This document shows positions 10,309 to 18,529 of a stretch of 64,000 nt of DNA, in pieces; the stretch's first letter is position 1, and each line of letters begins with the position of its first letter. Position numbers and translations under genes: made by a program. Location: positions 6,212 through 70,211 of the IMG/VR virus record IMGVR_UViG_3300037454_000194; one strand, written 5' to 3'. Under the pieces are notes generated by a model. That model did not search any database. It saw only the letters and a program-made list of their open reading frames with translations, and was not told where the DNA came from. Source of the DNA: a virus (lineage: Duplodnaviria; Caudoviricetes).

Positions 10309-11077
10309 AAACGGTAACAAATTCTTCAATACCGTAGGAAAAGGCGGATGGTCTACAGCTATTGTAGGAAGTCCAAAAGACGCTGGATGCGATGTTCTGT
10401 CAAACTGTGTAGGCTATGCGTTTGGTAGATTCAACGAAATCGCATACCAGCTTCTCGGCGAAGAAGGAGTCAAGAAGCTCTTTAAGGAAAACGGAGGAAC
10501 TCTTAAAAACCTCAACGCCAACTCCAGAATGCCCCTCCTCCAGCCCCTTAACGCAGAAAACTTTTACGACGTAGCCCTCACCCAGGGTCTCACAGTATCT
10601 CAGACACCTTCTCTCGGAGCTTGCATGGTCTGGCAGAATGGCAACACAAGAGACTACAAAGATGGATCGGGGCATGTGGCAATTGTCGAAGAGATCATCT
10701 CGGTCGATTGCATCAAATCCTCTGAGTCTGGCTATGGATGCATAAATCCCTTCTTGACTCAGCTTAGATATAAGAGCAACGGTAACTGGGGTGCTGGAAG
10801 TGGGTATAAATTCCTTGGCTTTATTAAGAATCCTGCTGTAGACTCTCCAAAAGATCCGTATCCGATGCCTACGAGAACTCTTAAGGAAGGTATGACCGGA
10901 GATGATGTCAAATGGGTGCAGTGGAAACTAAAAAACCTCTGCTATCTTAACGACTCGATCGATGGTTGGTTCGGCATTCATACTTGCGAAGCGGTTCTTT
11001 ACTTCCAGCTTAAGAATGGTCTCTCTTGTGATGGCATTGTCGGAAATGCTACAAGAGAGTTGCTTAGTAAGGTGTAA
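10274..11077 (+). CDS. Endolysin: CHAP amidase plus C-terminal peptidoglycan-binding domain
   Basis: SNCVGYA catalytic Cys, GHVAIVE catalytic His, SESGY; C-terminal TLKEGMTGDDVKWVQ..IDGWFG..FQLKNGLSCDGIVG. Confidence 0.9.
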   Translation: MATYQQRLTKPENGNKFFNTVGKGGWSTAIVGSPKDAGCDVLSNCVGYAFGRFNEIAYQLLGEEGVKKLFKENGGTLKNLNANSRMPLLQPLNAENFYDVALTQGLTVSQTPSLGACMVWQNGNTRDYKDGSGHVAIVEEIISVDCIKSSESGYGCINPFLTQLRYKSNGNWGAGSGYKFLGFIKNPAVDSPKDPYPMPTRTLKEGMTGDDVKWVQWKLKNLCYLNDSIDGWFGIHTCEAVLYFQLKNGLSCDGIVGNATRELLSKV

Positions 11078-11079
11078 AA

Positions 11080-11097
11080 TTTTCATTTTCTATAATG
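11080..11097 (+). promoter_or_regulatory. Phage promoter motif
   Basis: TTTTCA TTTTC TATAAT G, then hairpin GACTAGC/GCTGGTC. Confidence 0.8.
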
Positions 11098-11139
11098 GAC
11101 TAGCATGTTGTATGGCTGGTCGATTTCATTGTAGAAAGG

Positions 11140-11505
11140 ATGAAAACTATGGAAACTATGGAAAACAAGAAGAAGCTTTCCACAAAGGAGAAACTGAAAA
11201 GCGCAAAAACAAAAGCCGTTCAGTTCTACAAAGATCACGAAGGCGTGATATGGTTGATAGGAGGAACCGCTGTTGGAATTCTCTCACTTATCGGGGCTGT
11301 AAAGCTTGATAAGCACATGAGAGAGATTCAGGAGCAGTTTATATCCCATGATAACTATACGCCCGTACGGCTCTTTGATAAGAACGGGAAAGAGTTCAGG
11401 CTCTTTCAGTGGGACTCGGGAAATTGTGGAGACCCTATGGATGCTATGTTCTTTCCAGACATCCAGGTAGGATGGAGCAAGGAGATCGATTGGGATAAAC
11501 TGTAA
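11140..11505 (+). CDS. Hypothetical membrane-anchored protein (cassette gene)
   Basis: Promoter 11080, basic amphipathic N-terminus plus one TM, terminator 11511. Confidence 0.7.
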   Translation: MKTMETMENKKKLSTKEKLKSAKTKAVQFYKDHEGVIWLIGGTAVGILSLIGAVKLDKHMREIQEQFISHDNYTPVRLFDKNGKEFRLFQWDSGNCGDPMDAMFFPDIQVGWSKEIDWDKL

Positions 11506-11510
11506 ATCCA

Positions 11511-11560
11511 AAAGAGCTCTTATGCCCTGTGCGTTATTTACACAGGGCATAATCTCTTTC
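11511..11560 (+). terminator. Cassette 3' hairpin
   Basis: TTATGCCCTGTG/CACAGGGCATAA. Confidence 0.75.
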
Positions 11561-11598
11561 TATAGTTTTTCGAAACAAACTTTAAAGGAGGTAATTAT

Positions 11599-11973
11599 GT
11601 GACAGAGACAACATTTGATTCGGTCGAGACAAAGATTCTCGCACTCGGACATGCTCTTGGTAAAGACGACTTGTATATACTTGAGTTAATTCAAAATGAG
11701 GGCCTTTATGGGGCATTTGAGAGGCTCCTGTCTATCAGACGCTCTTTTTATAAGGAAGACGGAACGTGGATGCGAGATTTTATAGACCTTCGTGCGGCTG
11801 TGGAGGCGGTAGACATCTGCAAATACAATCCAAAAGAGCAGAAGAAAGCCTATAACTCACTTGTTATATTTATTAAGGCAAGAAATTTCTCACCATGGGA
11901 GCACGTGGTACACGACAAGGCTTTCGGAAATCTTATATTATTCGAGGAGGACGAAAATGACGATACGAAGTGA
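11599..11973 (+). CDS. Hypothetical protein
   Basis: RBS AAAGGAGG, GTG start. Confidence 0.65.
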   Translation: MTETTFDSVETKILALGHALGKDDLYILELIQNEGLYGAFERLLSIRRSFYKEDGTWMRDFIDLRAAVEAVDICKYNPKEQKKAYNSLVIFIKARNFSPWEHVVHDKAFGNLILFEEDENDDTK

Positions 11974-12247
11974 CAGGAGAAGGTTTCTAGGCACGTTTGC
12001 TCAAAGTATGAGACTATCTCTAGGACTTACCCAGAATGATATTTCGGAAGGAACTGGGTTTAGCATCCAGACAATCTCAAAGTTTGAAAACGGGCATTCT
12101 AATCCATTCTCATATTCCTCAAGAGAAATCATAGGTTATCTATGTGCTCTCGGGATGCATGAGGGATGGAACGTAGACGAGCGCTTTGACGAATTCTGTT
12201 TTAACATGGAAGTAATGGAGCGGCAGGACTGGGTATACGATAGCTGA
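11957..12247 (+). CDS. XRE-family HTH protein
   Basis: MRLSLGLTQNDISEGTGFSIQTISKFENG helix-turn-helix pattern; RBS GAGGAGG. Confidence 0.8.
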   Translation: MTIRSDRRRFLGTFAQSMRLSLGLTQNDISEGTGFSIQTISKFENGHSNPFSYSSREIIGYLCALGMHEGWNVDERFDEFCFNMEVMERQDWVYDS

Positions 12248-12250
12248 AAA

Positions 12251-12268
12251 TTTTCAACTCGTATAATG
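12251..12268 (+). promoter_or_regulatory. Phage promoter motif
   Basis: TTTTCA ACTCG TATAAT G, then ACCG/CGGT hairpin. Confidence 0.8.
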
Positions 12269-12310
12269 GACCGTGTAAAAAGCGGTACTACTTTATAAGG
12301 AGGTCTTTAT

Positions 12311-12697
12311 ATGGAAGACAAAAAAATAGTAATCATCGGGGACGACGGAAAACCCGACGAGAAAGCGATGTTCTATGAGAAAGCAAAGGAGTTTCTCAAG
12401 GACGTAGGAAACAAGGCGATGTCTGTAACCAAAGAAACGTTTAACTTCGTTCGTGACAACAAAGAGACCATAGCCTTTATGGTCCCGATTATCACTGGTA
12501 TTGTTGCAAAAGTTGGCAGCAATTCTGGTGGTGGTCGGAACTATCGGGAGGACTCAATGTTTTACGATAGGAGCACAGGAACGTACTGGCAGCTTCGCCG
12601 AAAGATGACGAACAGAGAGATGTCGGAATACCTGGAACGTCGCGAAAACGGTGAAAAACCCGATGAAATTCTCTATTCCATGAGACTGCTGAAGTAA
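12311..12697 (+). CDS. Hypothetical membrane-associated protein (cassette gene)
   Basis: Promoter 12251, RBS AAGGAGG, terminator 12714. Confidence 0.75.
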   Translation: MEDKKIVIIGDDGKPDEKAMFYEKAKEFLKDVGNKAMSVTKETFNFVRDNKETIAFMVPIITGIVAKVGSNSGGGRNYREDSMFYDRSTGTYWQLRRKMTNREMSEYLERRENGEKPDEILYSMRLLK

Positions 12698-12713
12698 AGT
12701 AAGGAGGTGACAT

Positions 12714-12746
12714 GAGAGGTGTTGGCTGAAAAGTTCAATGCCTCTC
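12714..12746 (+). terminator. Cassette 3' hairpin
   Basis: GAGAGGTGTTG/CAATGCCTCTC. Confidence 0.65.
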
Positions 12747-12753
12747 AAATTTT

Positions 12754-13026
12754 ATGAACGAAATTCAAAATGTGAAGGCTGAATTCAAGTCGAGCATCGA
12801 AAGACTTGAGGCTCTTAAGGCACAGGAATGGGATACCATTAAGGACCTCATGTATCTGGACCTCGAAGATCCGATGAACGATGAAGCTCACAGGCAGGCT
12901 ATCGAGGCACACACGCTTTCCATCCACGTTATCAACATGCTTATAGAGCTCTCACGAAATGGTATAGATCTTCTCGGTGACCTTAACAATCCAGATATTG
13001 GTATTAAGACCATACTGAAAACCTAA
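12754..13026 (+). CDS. Hypothetical protein
   Basis: 90-aa helical ORF filling the gap between cassettes. Confidence 0.6.
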   Translation: MNEIQNVKAEFKSSIERLEALKAQEWDTIKDLMYLDLEDPMNDEAHRQAIEAHTLSIHVINMLIELSRNGIDLLGDLNNPDIGIKTILKT

Positions 13027-13034
13027 CCACAAAA

Positions 13035-13052
13035 TTTTCAATCGCTATAACG
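13035..13052 (+). promoter_or_regulatory. Phage promoter motif (variant)
   Basis: TTTTCA ATCGC TATAAC G. Confidence 0.7.
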
Positions 13053-13128
13053 GAGAGGTGTAACGGGACTGTGACCTTTGAATGAGCAATAGCTTGTTCA
13101 CTGGGATGATCAGTTCCTTATACCTTTC
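13052..13128 (+). ncRNA. Long structured 5' leader or small RNA
   Basis: Stems 13053-63/13118-28, 13065-71/13111-17, 13079-87/13092-100 with G-U pairs; starts at the promoter G. Confidence 0.6.
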
Positions 13129-13160
13129 ACTTCATTATATTTTTAAGGAGGGTTCCACAC

Positions 13161-14090
13161 ATGAAAGGAATCAACGTAAATGGGTCCACGGTAAAGTCTC
13201 TTCTTAAGAACGGGGCAAAGTTCGTGGAAAAGCAGGCACCAGCAATTTGCGCAGGTATTGCAGTTGCTGGTCTGATTGGAGCGGTCGTATCTGCTGTAAA
13301 GGCCGGTCCTGAACTGAAGGAGGCACTGGAAGAAGCGCATATCAGAAAGAACGAGGAGGCTCTCAAGATGCGCAGAGAAGGTAGTGATGATATTCCTATC
13401 GAAGAACTCAACCTCAAGGAAAAAGCTCCTATCTACGCCCGGCATCTGTGGAAGACAACAGTTTATGGTGTAATTTCCATCGTATTTATTGCCGCATCGG
13501 TATGCTTTGGTCATAAGCAAATCAAGACTCTTACGGTACTTGCAGCGGCCGCAGAGTCAAACCTTATCAACTTCGAGGGCGCAGTCAAAGACGTCGTTGG
13601 TGATAAGAAGTTTGACGAGATTAAGCGCAAGGTACTTGACAACGCGCCCGACCCGCAGGAAGAATTCATCATCGAGACTGGACAGGGTGATACCCTTTGC
13701 TATGAACCGTGGTTCCGTACGTACTTCCGTATGAGCATTGAGGCGGCGAAGAGCATTGCTAAAGACTGTGAGCTCTCGTATCACAAGGGCGGAGAACTTA
13801 CCTTTGATGAAATCTACGAGCGGTACCATCTTAGCAAGGCACCCAATATTGCAGAAATCATGCGCCGCTTTAACGAAGGTAGAGAAGAAGAGGACCTTCT
13901 TAGCGACCATGGTTACTTCTCAGATCCAGAGGGTGAATTCAACTATCCGCCGTCCTTTGAACCGTATAGCAAGGAAGTGCTCCTTAACGGAAAGGAAGAA
14001 ACTTGCTATGTCGTAGCGTTCAACAGACCTAAGTCTCGCTGGATGTACGAGCACGAAAGTGAGAAGTTCTTTCGTCGGAAGAATCGCTGA
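13161..14090 (+). CDS. Conserved phage protein with N-terminal TM (DUF6353-like), paralog of 18530
   Basis: FVEKQAPAICAGIAVAGLIGAVVSAVKA start and YARHLWKT/ISIVFIAASVCFGHK segment parallel to the 18530 ORF. Confidence 0.65.
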   Translation: MKGINVNGSTVKSLLKNGAKFVEKQAPAICAGIAVAGLIGAVVSAVKAGPELKEALEEAHIRKNEEALKMRREGSDDIPIEELNLKEKAPIYARHLWKTTVYGVISIVFIAASVCFGHKQIKTLTVLAAAAESNLINFEGAVKDVVGDKKFDEIKRKVLDNAPDPQEEFIIETGQGDTLCYEPWFRTYFRMSIEAAKSIAKDCELSYHKGGELTFDEIYERYHLSKAPNIAEIMRRFNEGREEEDLLSDHGYFSDPEGEFNYPPSFEPYSKEVLLNGKEETCYVVAFNRPKSRWMYEHESEKFFRRKNR

Positions 14091-14256
14091 CGAATGGGAA
14101 AGCTTTCATGAGCCTCTTGTAGACTTCGATGATGACCCGTATACAGACGAGGAAATCAGAGAAGCTACAAGAGACTACGTACGAGAAATGGTTGAAGAGG
14201 GTCTTGAAACATAGACCCTCTAATTCCATTCTAACAATTCAAAATAGGAGGACTTT

Positions 14257-14490
14257 ATGGCACTCTTTCAGAAACTTACTAAGAAGGTCGCTGGCAGTGT
14301 AAAGGACACAGTCAAAGAAACCGTTCGAGAAGAAACCCATAAGACAACAGAGGAACTAAAGAGCGATGTTATTGGAAAAGTAAAGGAGTATCTTCCCCAG
14401 ATTGTGGCAATGGCATGCGGTCTGATATTCCTTTATGCCGCAAGAAGACCCGTACCGGTCGTGGTAAAGGTTGTCGTCAAGCAGGTATAA
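14257..14490 (+). CDS. Small membrane-anchored hypothetical protein
   Basis: RBS AGGAGG; C-terminal hydrophobic segment. Confidence 0.65.
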   Translation: MALFQKLTKKVAGSVKDTVKETVREETHKTTEELKSDVIGKVKEYLPQIVAMACGLIFLYAARRPVPVVVKVVVKQV

Positions 14491-14494
14491 GCCT

Positions 14495-14713
14495 ATGTAT
14501 AAGTTCAGACGAGTTATATTTATAGGAGCGGACCTGTTTGCATATTGGATTACTGTTTTCATGGAAATAAATCTGTTTTTGCATCTATATGCCATGCTCG
14601 GTGTAGGTTTTGATGACTATAATCTTACAATGATGAGCATGGAACTACCTATTATAGCTTTCGGTGCGTTCCTAAGTGTCCTTGCGGAAGGGGCACTTGA
14701 GAGATTCGGCTGA
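14495..14713 (+). CDS. Small two-TM hypothetical protein
   Basis: Two hydrophobic segments; weak RBS. Confidence 0.5.
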   Translation: MYKFRRVIFIGADLFAYWITVFMEINLFLHLYAMLGVGFDDYNLTMMSMELPIIAFGAFLSVLAEGALERFG

Positions 14714-14801
14714 ACAATAGAAGTATCAATTAGCAGTATTGACTTGAAGTATTGAATCCTTAACCCCAGCACACATTTATATTTTTAAGGAGGACTTCAA
14801 G

Positions 14802-15431
14802 ATGGCTGAAGTTAAAGATGTCAAAGCGCCTGAGTCAAACTACAAACCGAAAGATTCCAAAGAAAAGAAGGTTATCTCTACTGGTAAGATTAAGGAGAAA
14901 ACCTTCTGGGCAAGAGTGAAGGATAGCTTCATCAGCGAAGAGGTACATGACGTAAAGTCGTATCTTGTGTTTGATATCGCTATTCCTGCCGTAAAGCGTA
15001 CTCTTCGTTCTCTTCTTGTAAACACTGTTGACATGACACTCTTTGGCAAGCCTATGGGTGACGAGAGAAAGTCAGAACAGCGTGGAGGTTCGACATACAT
15101 CGCATATGACAGAGCCTATGACCGTGCGTATGGTGGCGGACCTGCAAGAGGAGAGCGTCAGAAGAACAATAATCTCACAGTCGGCATCCGAGAGCTTGAC
15201 CGAGTCATTTTCAATGAGAAATCCGATGCAGTAGACGTGCTCTCATTCCTCTTTGACAACATTGAGGAATACGGAGTTGCGTCTGTTGCGGATTTCCTTG
15301 CCGCTGCAAATGTTGAGGTCACACCCATTGCTCACAAATGGGCATGGACAGACCTCAGAGGAGCATCTGTTGAAGAGTGTCCGGACGGAAGTGGATACTA
15401 CATCAGATTCCCAAAGACAAAACCGATTTAA
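14802..15431 (+). CDS. Conserved hypothetical phage protein
   Basis: RBS AAGGAGG; EEYGVASVADF..WAWTDLRGASVE..GYYIRFPK C-terminal motif; host-like codon usage. Confidence 0.75.
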   Translation: MAEVKDVKAPESNYKPKDSKEKKVISTGKIKEKTFWARVKDSFISEEVHDVKSYLVFDIAIPAVKRTLRSLLVNTVDMTLFGKPMGDERKSEQRGGSTYIAYDRAYDRAYGGGPARGERQKNNNLTVGIRELDRVIFNEKSDAVDVLSFLFDNIEEYGVASVADFLAAANVEVTPIAHKWAWTDLRGASVEECPDGSGYYIRFPKTKPI

Positions 15432-15433
15432 TA

Positions 15434-15451
15434 ATTTCAAGTCCTATAATG
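15434..15451 (+). promoter_or_regulatory. Phage promoter motif
   Basis: ATTTCA AGTCC TATAAT G, then ACTCG/CGGGT hairpin. Confidence 0.75.
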
Positions 15452-15489
15452 GACTCGTGTAAGAAGCGGGTACTATTCTAGGAAGGAGG

Positions 15490-15741
15490 ATGGAGCTCAT
15501 GTTTATTGAGATTACGTCTGTGTCACTTAAAAGGGCTCAGATGTATGTCGGAAAAGCGGCTTTAAGTATCATGAGAATGCATGGCAACACAAATCTTGAC
15601 GAGGTGTTAAAATACATGACACCCCGTTATGATCGGGACAGCCATCGATTGATACTAAAGATTGCTGGAGAAGACATCATCGAAAGAGTTTATGGCGATA
15701 TAGGCGGAGATCGTGATGAGTACATCTATCTTCGCGAATGA
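15490..15741 (+). CDS. Hypothetical protein (cassette gene)
   Basis: Promoter 15434, RBS GGAAGGAGG. Confidence 0.6.
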   Translation: MELMFIEITSVSLKRAQMYVGKAALSIMRMHGNTNLDEVLKYMTPRYDRDSHRLILKIAGEDIIERVYGDIGGDRDEYIYLRE

Positions 15742-15824
15742 CACAAAGAGCTTGTGGACTTTGATTTATTCAGAGCCCATAAGTTCTTTCAAAACTAGAA
15801 TTCAAAATCAGGAGGTATTTAACA

Positions 15825-16739
15825 ATGGGTAAACCTAGAAAGGAAGTAGCTCTAATCGACATGATGATCTCCATCCTCGATAGAGTAAAGAACACGCTTG
15901 AGCTCATCAAAGAAGACAAGATGAGCGTCAAAGAAGCTTGCAGACGTAATGATATTTCATATGCTGCCGTACGCCGTATCCTCTTTGCGACAAACTGGGA
16001 GGAGCTTGAGGACGAAACGGAATACGAAAACTTCAAGAAGAAATTCTCAGAGACCATTCCCCTCTATCATTGGACTGAGATTCTATTTTGTGATGTATTC
16101 GCGCTCCCTCGTAACCCTGATTCCATTACCAAAATGCCTCCTGATGTACGAGAGACTGTTGAAAAGGCAGTCCATAGTCTTACAGAACGCGAGGAAAAGG
16201 TTATCAGACTCTTCTACGAGGACAACATGACCAAGGAAGAGGTCGCTGCTGAGATTGGTAGAAGCTACGAGAGAGTGAGACAGATTAAGGCAAAGGCTAT
16301 GAGGAAGCTCAAGCACCCCTCACGCATGGGCTATACTGTTTTTGGAGACGGTTACTACTGCTCCAAGAGAAAAGCCTACGATGATGTATACAACGACACG
16401 GTTTTGCAGGCTCGTAACGATGAAGCAAACAAGCTCAGAATCGTTGTTGAGGAGCGAAAGAAGCAGATTCAAGTAATTGACTCCATGTCTCTCCCTAGAG
16501 GATTCTTTGGTACAGAAGAAATCTCTGAACTTAATCTCTCTGTAAGAAGCTTCAACTGTCTTTGGAGAGCGGGTATCCATACCATCGAGGACCTTCGTAA
16601 TACAACATACGATGAGCTCAGCAAGGTGCGCAATCTCGGTAAGAAATCCCTTGATGAGATTCTAGATGTCATGGAGAGAGAAGGAATTGAGCTCAACAGT
16701 GTAAAACTTGATAAGAATGATAAGGAGAATTCAAAATGA
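15825..16739 (+). CDS. Sigma70 region-4 HTH fused to an RNA polymerase alpha C-terminal domain
   Basis: [45 protein letters not shown] (sigma4); [40 protein letters not shown] (alpha-CTD). Confidence 0.9.
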   Translation: MGKPRKEVALIDMMISILDRVKNTLELIKEDKMSVKEACRRNDISYAAVRRILFATNWEELEDETEYENFKKKFSETIPLYHWTEILFCDVFALPRNPDSITKMPPDVRETVEKAVHSLTEREEKVIRLFYEDNMTKEEVAAEIGRSYERVRQIKAKAMRKLKHPSRMGYTVFGDGYYCSKRKAYDDVYNDTVLQARNDEANKLRIVVEERKKQIQVIDSMSLPRGFFGTEEISELNLSVRSFNCLWRAGIHTIEDLRNTTYDELSKVRNLGKKSLDEILDVMEREGIELNSVKLDKNDKENSK

Positions 16740-16963
16740 AGTCAAAAACTGTAAATCAGGTAGAACTTGAATACGTCTATGGACAGAAACTTACTTTCCG
16801 TCGCTCTGGATACAGCAAGGCGGCGTGGAAGAATCTCGTAGCTTCATTCCATATCACAAAAATCCCTCCTGAGACCATACAGTCTATCACCATCACCAAC
16901 TCTTCTTGCGAGGGTGTGGACGAGTTCGGACGGCTTAGAGTCTCGCTTATTGTTGAAGAATGA
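16736..16963 (+). CDS. Hypothetical protein
   Basis: RBS AAGGAG; coupled to the upstream stop. Confidence 0.65.
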   Translation: MKSKTVNQVELEYVYGQKLTFRRSGYSKAAWKNLVASFHITKIPPETIQSITITNSSCEGVDEFGRLRVSLIVEE

Positions 16964-16982
16964 TATTTTCTAGGAGGTACAT

Positions 16983-17264
16983 ATGCGAGTAGAGGAAAAC
17001 AACTTTGTTCTGTCGGTATCTGAGTGGGTCTATGCGAATTGTCAAAGAAAAGACCTTTGTCGAGTCAATAGAATGTGGCTTCGGCATCTGGACAGAACTG
17101 TAGGACGTGACGCTCCGCTCTGGGAGAAGGAGGAAGAATACAAGAGATGGTGCAATTCTGACTTCTCTAACAAAGAGTGGGACGCTTGCGGTATCAAGAA
17201 GGAGGTTCGTGATAGCGGCGAGCTCCTTACTAAATTTAGAAAGGTGGCGATTGGTCTTGAGTGA
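16983..17264 (+). CDS. Hypothetical protein (Trp/Cys-rich)
   Basis: RBS AGGAGG. Confidence 0.65.
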   Translation: MRVEENNFVLSVSEWVYANCQRKDLCRVNRMWLRHLDRTVGRDAPLWEKEEEYKRWCNSDFSNKEWDACGIKKEVRDSGELLTKFRKVAIGLE

Positions 17265-17664
17265 TATCGTCAGAGAATGGGGCTATAAGCTCTTCTTCAC
17301 CAAACTCAAGATGTGCGGTGGAGATAGCTTTGAGTTCTTCAAACAGCATCAAATTAAGAAATGGAATCTCGCAGAGTCCGTCTCTCACTGTCTTAAGGTC
17401 TACAAGGATGTCCTGTGGATGAGGCTTCTTGAGGCGAACGAGGGTATTAGACTTCCAAATGGTTGTAGAATGCCGGTTTATATCCCATTCTTCTCTCCTG
17501 CTCCTAACTGGTATCGGTTTAGAAGCCTCCTCAATCATTCCGGAGTGGAAATCGTAGACATGGAAGCGTTTCTTAAGTCTCGTGCTTGGGAGATTCACAC
17601 GTTTAGAGAGGAGGATAAGGATGGTAGAAATCGGATACGAGTGGAAGAAAGCGGAAAAGCGTAA
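17257..17664 (+). CDS. Hypothetical protein
   Basis: TTG start coupled to the upstream stop; start uncertain. Confidence 0.5.
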   Translation: MSDIVREWGYKLFFTKLKMCGGDSFEFFKQHQIKKWNLAESVSHCLKVYKDVLWMRLLEANEGIRLPNGCRMPVYIPFFSPAPNWYRFRSLLNHSGVEIVDMEAFLKSRAWEIHTFREEDKDGRNRIRVEESGKA

Positions 17665-17947
17665 ACCGAGAGCCTTTGAAGTTCTGAAGTTCCGCAGAGT
17701 AGATGTAGATGACGATAAGGAATACTTCGCCTGCTGGAATGGCGAGAGGTTCTATGTCTTTGATATTTACTCTGGAAGATGGAAGACCCTGGAGCAGAAA
17801 CTCTTTGCCTACCCTGAAGAGAATGTGAGAGCGGAACTTCTCGGATGGGAGTACGCCTATATTCCGAAAGAACAAACACGATATGTCCCTTATTGGGCTA
17901 TCGCGTTCTCAAGACTCAGGGAGGTAAAAAATGGCGAAAGTCGTTAA
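17621..17947 (+). CDS. Hypothetical protein
   Basis: RBS GAGGAGG. Confidence 0.6.
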   Translation: MVEIGYEWKKAEKRKPRAFEVLKFRRVDVDDDKEYFACWNGERFYVFDIYSGRWKTLEQKLFAYPEENVRAELLGWEYAYIPKEQTRYVPYWAIAFSRLREVKNGESR

Positions 17948-18179
17948 GAGTAACGTGAACCATCCGTCTCATTACAATCAGGGTGGCGTTGAATGCATCG
18001 ATGCTATTAAGTCAGCAACTGAAGGACTTAGCGGTATTGAGAGCTTCTGCACCGGCAACGCTATTAAGTATCTGTGGCGGTGGAAGCACAAGAACGGAAC
18101 CGAAGACCTTGATAAAGCCGTTTGGTACATTCTAAAACTTAAGGAGGAAATTCAAAATGGGCAACCTGAGAAAGAATGA
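17931..18179 (+). CDS. DUF3310 / T7 gp1.7-like nucleotide kinase domain protein
   Basis: SNVNHPSHYNQGGVECIDAI..FCTGNAIKYLWRWKHKNGTEDLDKAVWY. Confidence 0.85.
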   Translation: MAKVVKSNVNHPSHYNQGGVECIDAIKSATEGLSGIESFCTGNAIKYLWRWKHKNGTEDLDKAVWYILKLKEEIQNGQPEKE

Positions 18180-18366
18180 CAGCGAAGTAACTGCTGTTGT
18201 AACACTGACTCTCACTGATATTTTCAAAGTGAGTAACGACATTGAAAAGGTGGATACCGAGACTAACGTAGAGCTCAAGCGTCTTATTGAGTCTATCCGC
18301 AATATTCCGGGTGTTGACCATCTGGAAATAAACAAGACGAAGGTCTTTCCTAACGTGAAAGAATGA
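18157..18366 (+). CDS. Small hypothetical protein
   Basis: RBS AAGGAGG; VDHLEINKTKVF. Confidence 0.7.
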   Translation: MGNLRKNDSEVTAVVTLTLTDIFKVSNDIEKVDTETNVELKRLIESIRNIPGVDHLEINKTKVFPNVKE

Positions 18367-18389
18367 TATTTTCGCATCTGATCACAAAA

Positions 18390-18407
18390 TTTTCAATCCT
18401 TATAGTG
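18390..18407 (+). promoter_or_regulatory. Phage promoter motif (variant)
   Basis: TTTTCA ATCCT TATAGT G. Confidence 0.7.
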
Positions 18408-18486
18408 GAGAGGTACGGATGGTGTAACTGGTAACACACTCGCTGGAACGCGAGAGATTGTTGGTTCGAGTCCAACTCCTATCTCT
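18407..18486 (+). ncRNA. tRNA-like cloverleaf with 6-nt anticodon loop and extended, bulged acceptor stem, forming a 5' leader
   Basis: D arm GTGT/ACAC, CTCGC-TGGAAC-GCGAG, T arm GTTGG-TTCGAGT-CCAAC; no CCA. Confidence 0.7.
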
Positions 18487-18529
18487 TTTCACCTTATTAT
18501 ATTTTTAACCCATGAAAGGAGTAATAAGT

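Noticed and set aside
14059-14214. Possible 51-aa acidic ORF (GTG start) overlapping the end of 13161
   Set aside because: No convincing RBS; not listed as a feature
18407-18486. Functional tRNA-Pro or tRNA-Ser
   Set aside because: 6-nt anticodon loop, bulged and extended acceptor stem and no CCA; kept only as a tRNA-like element
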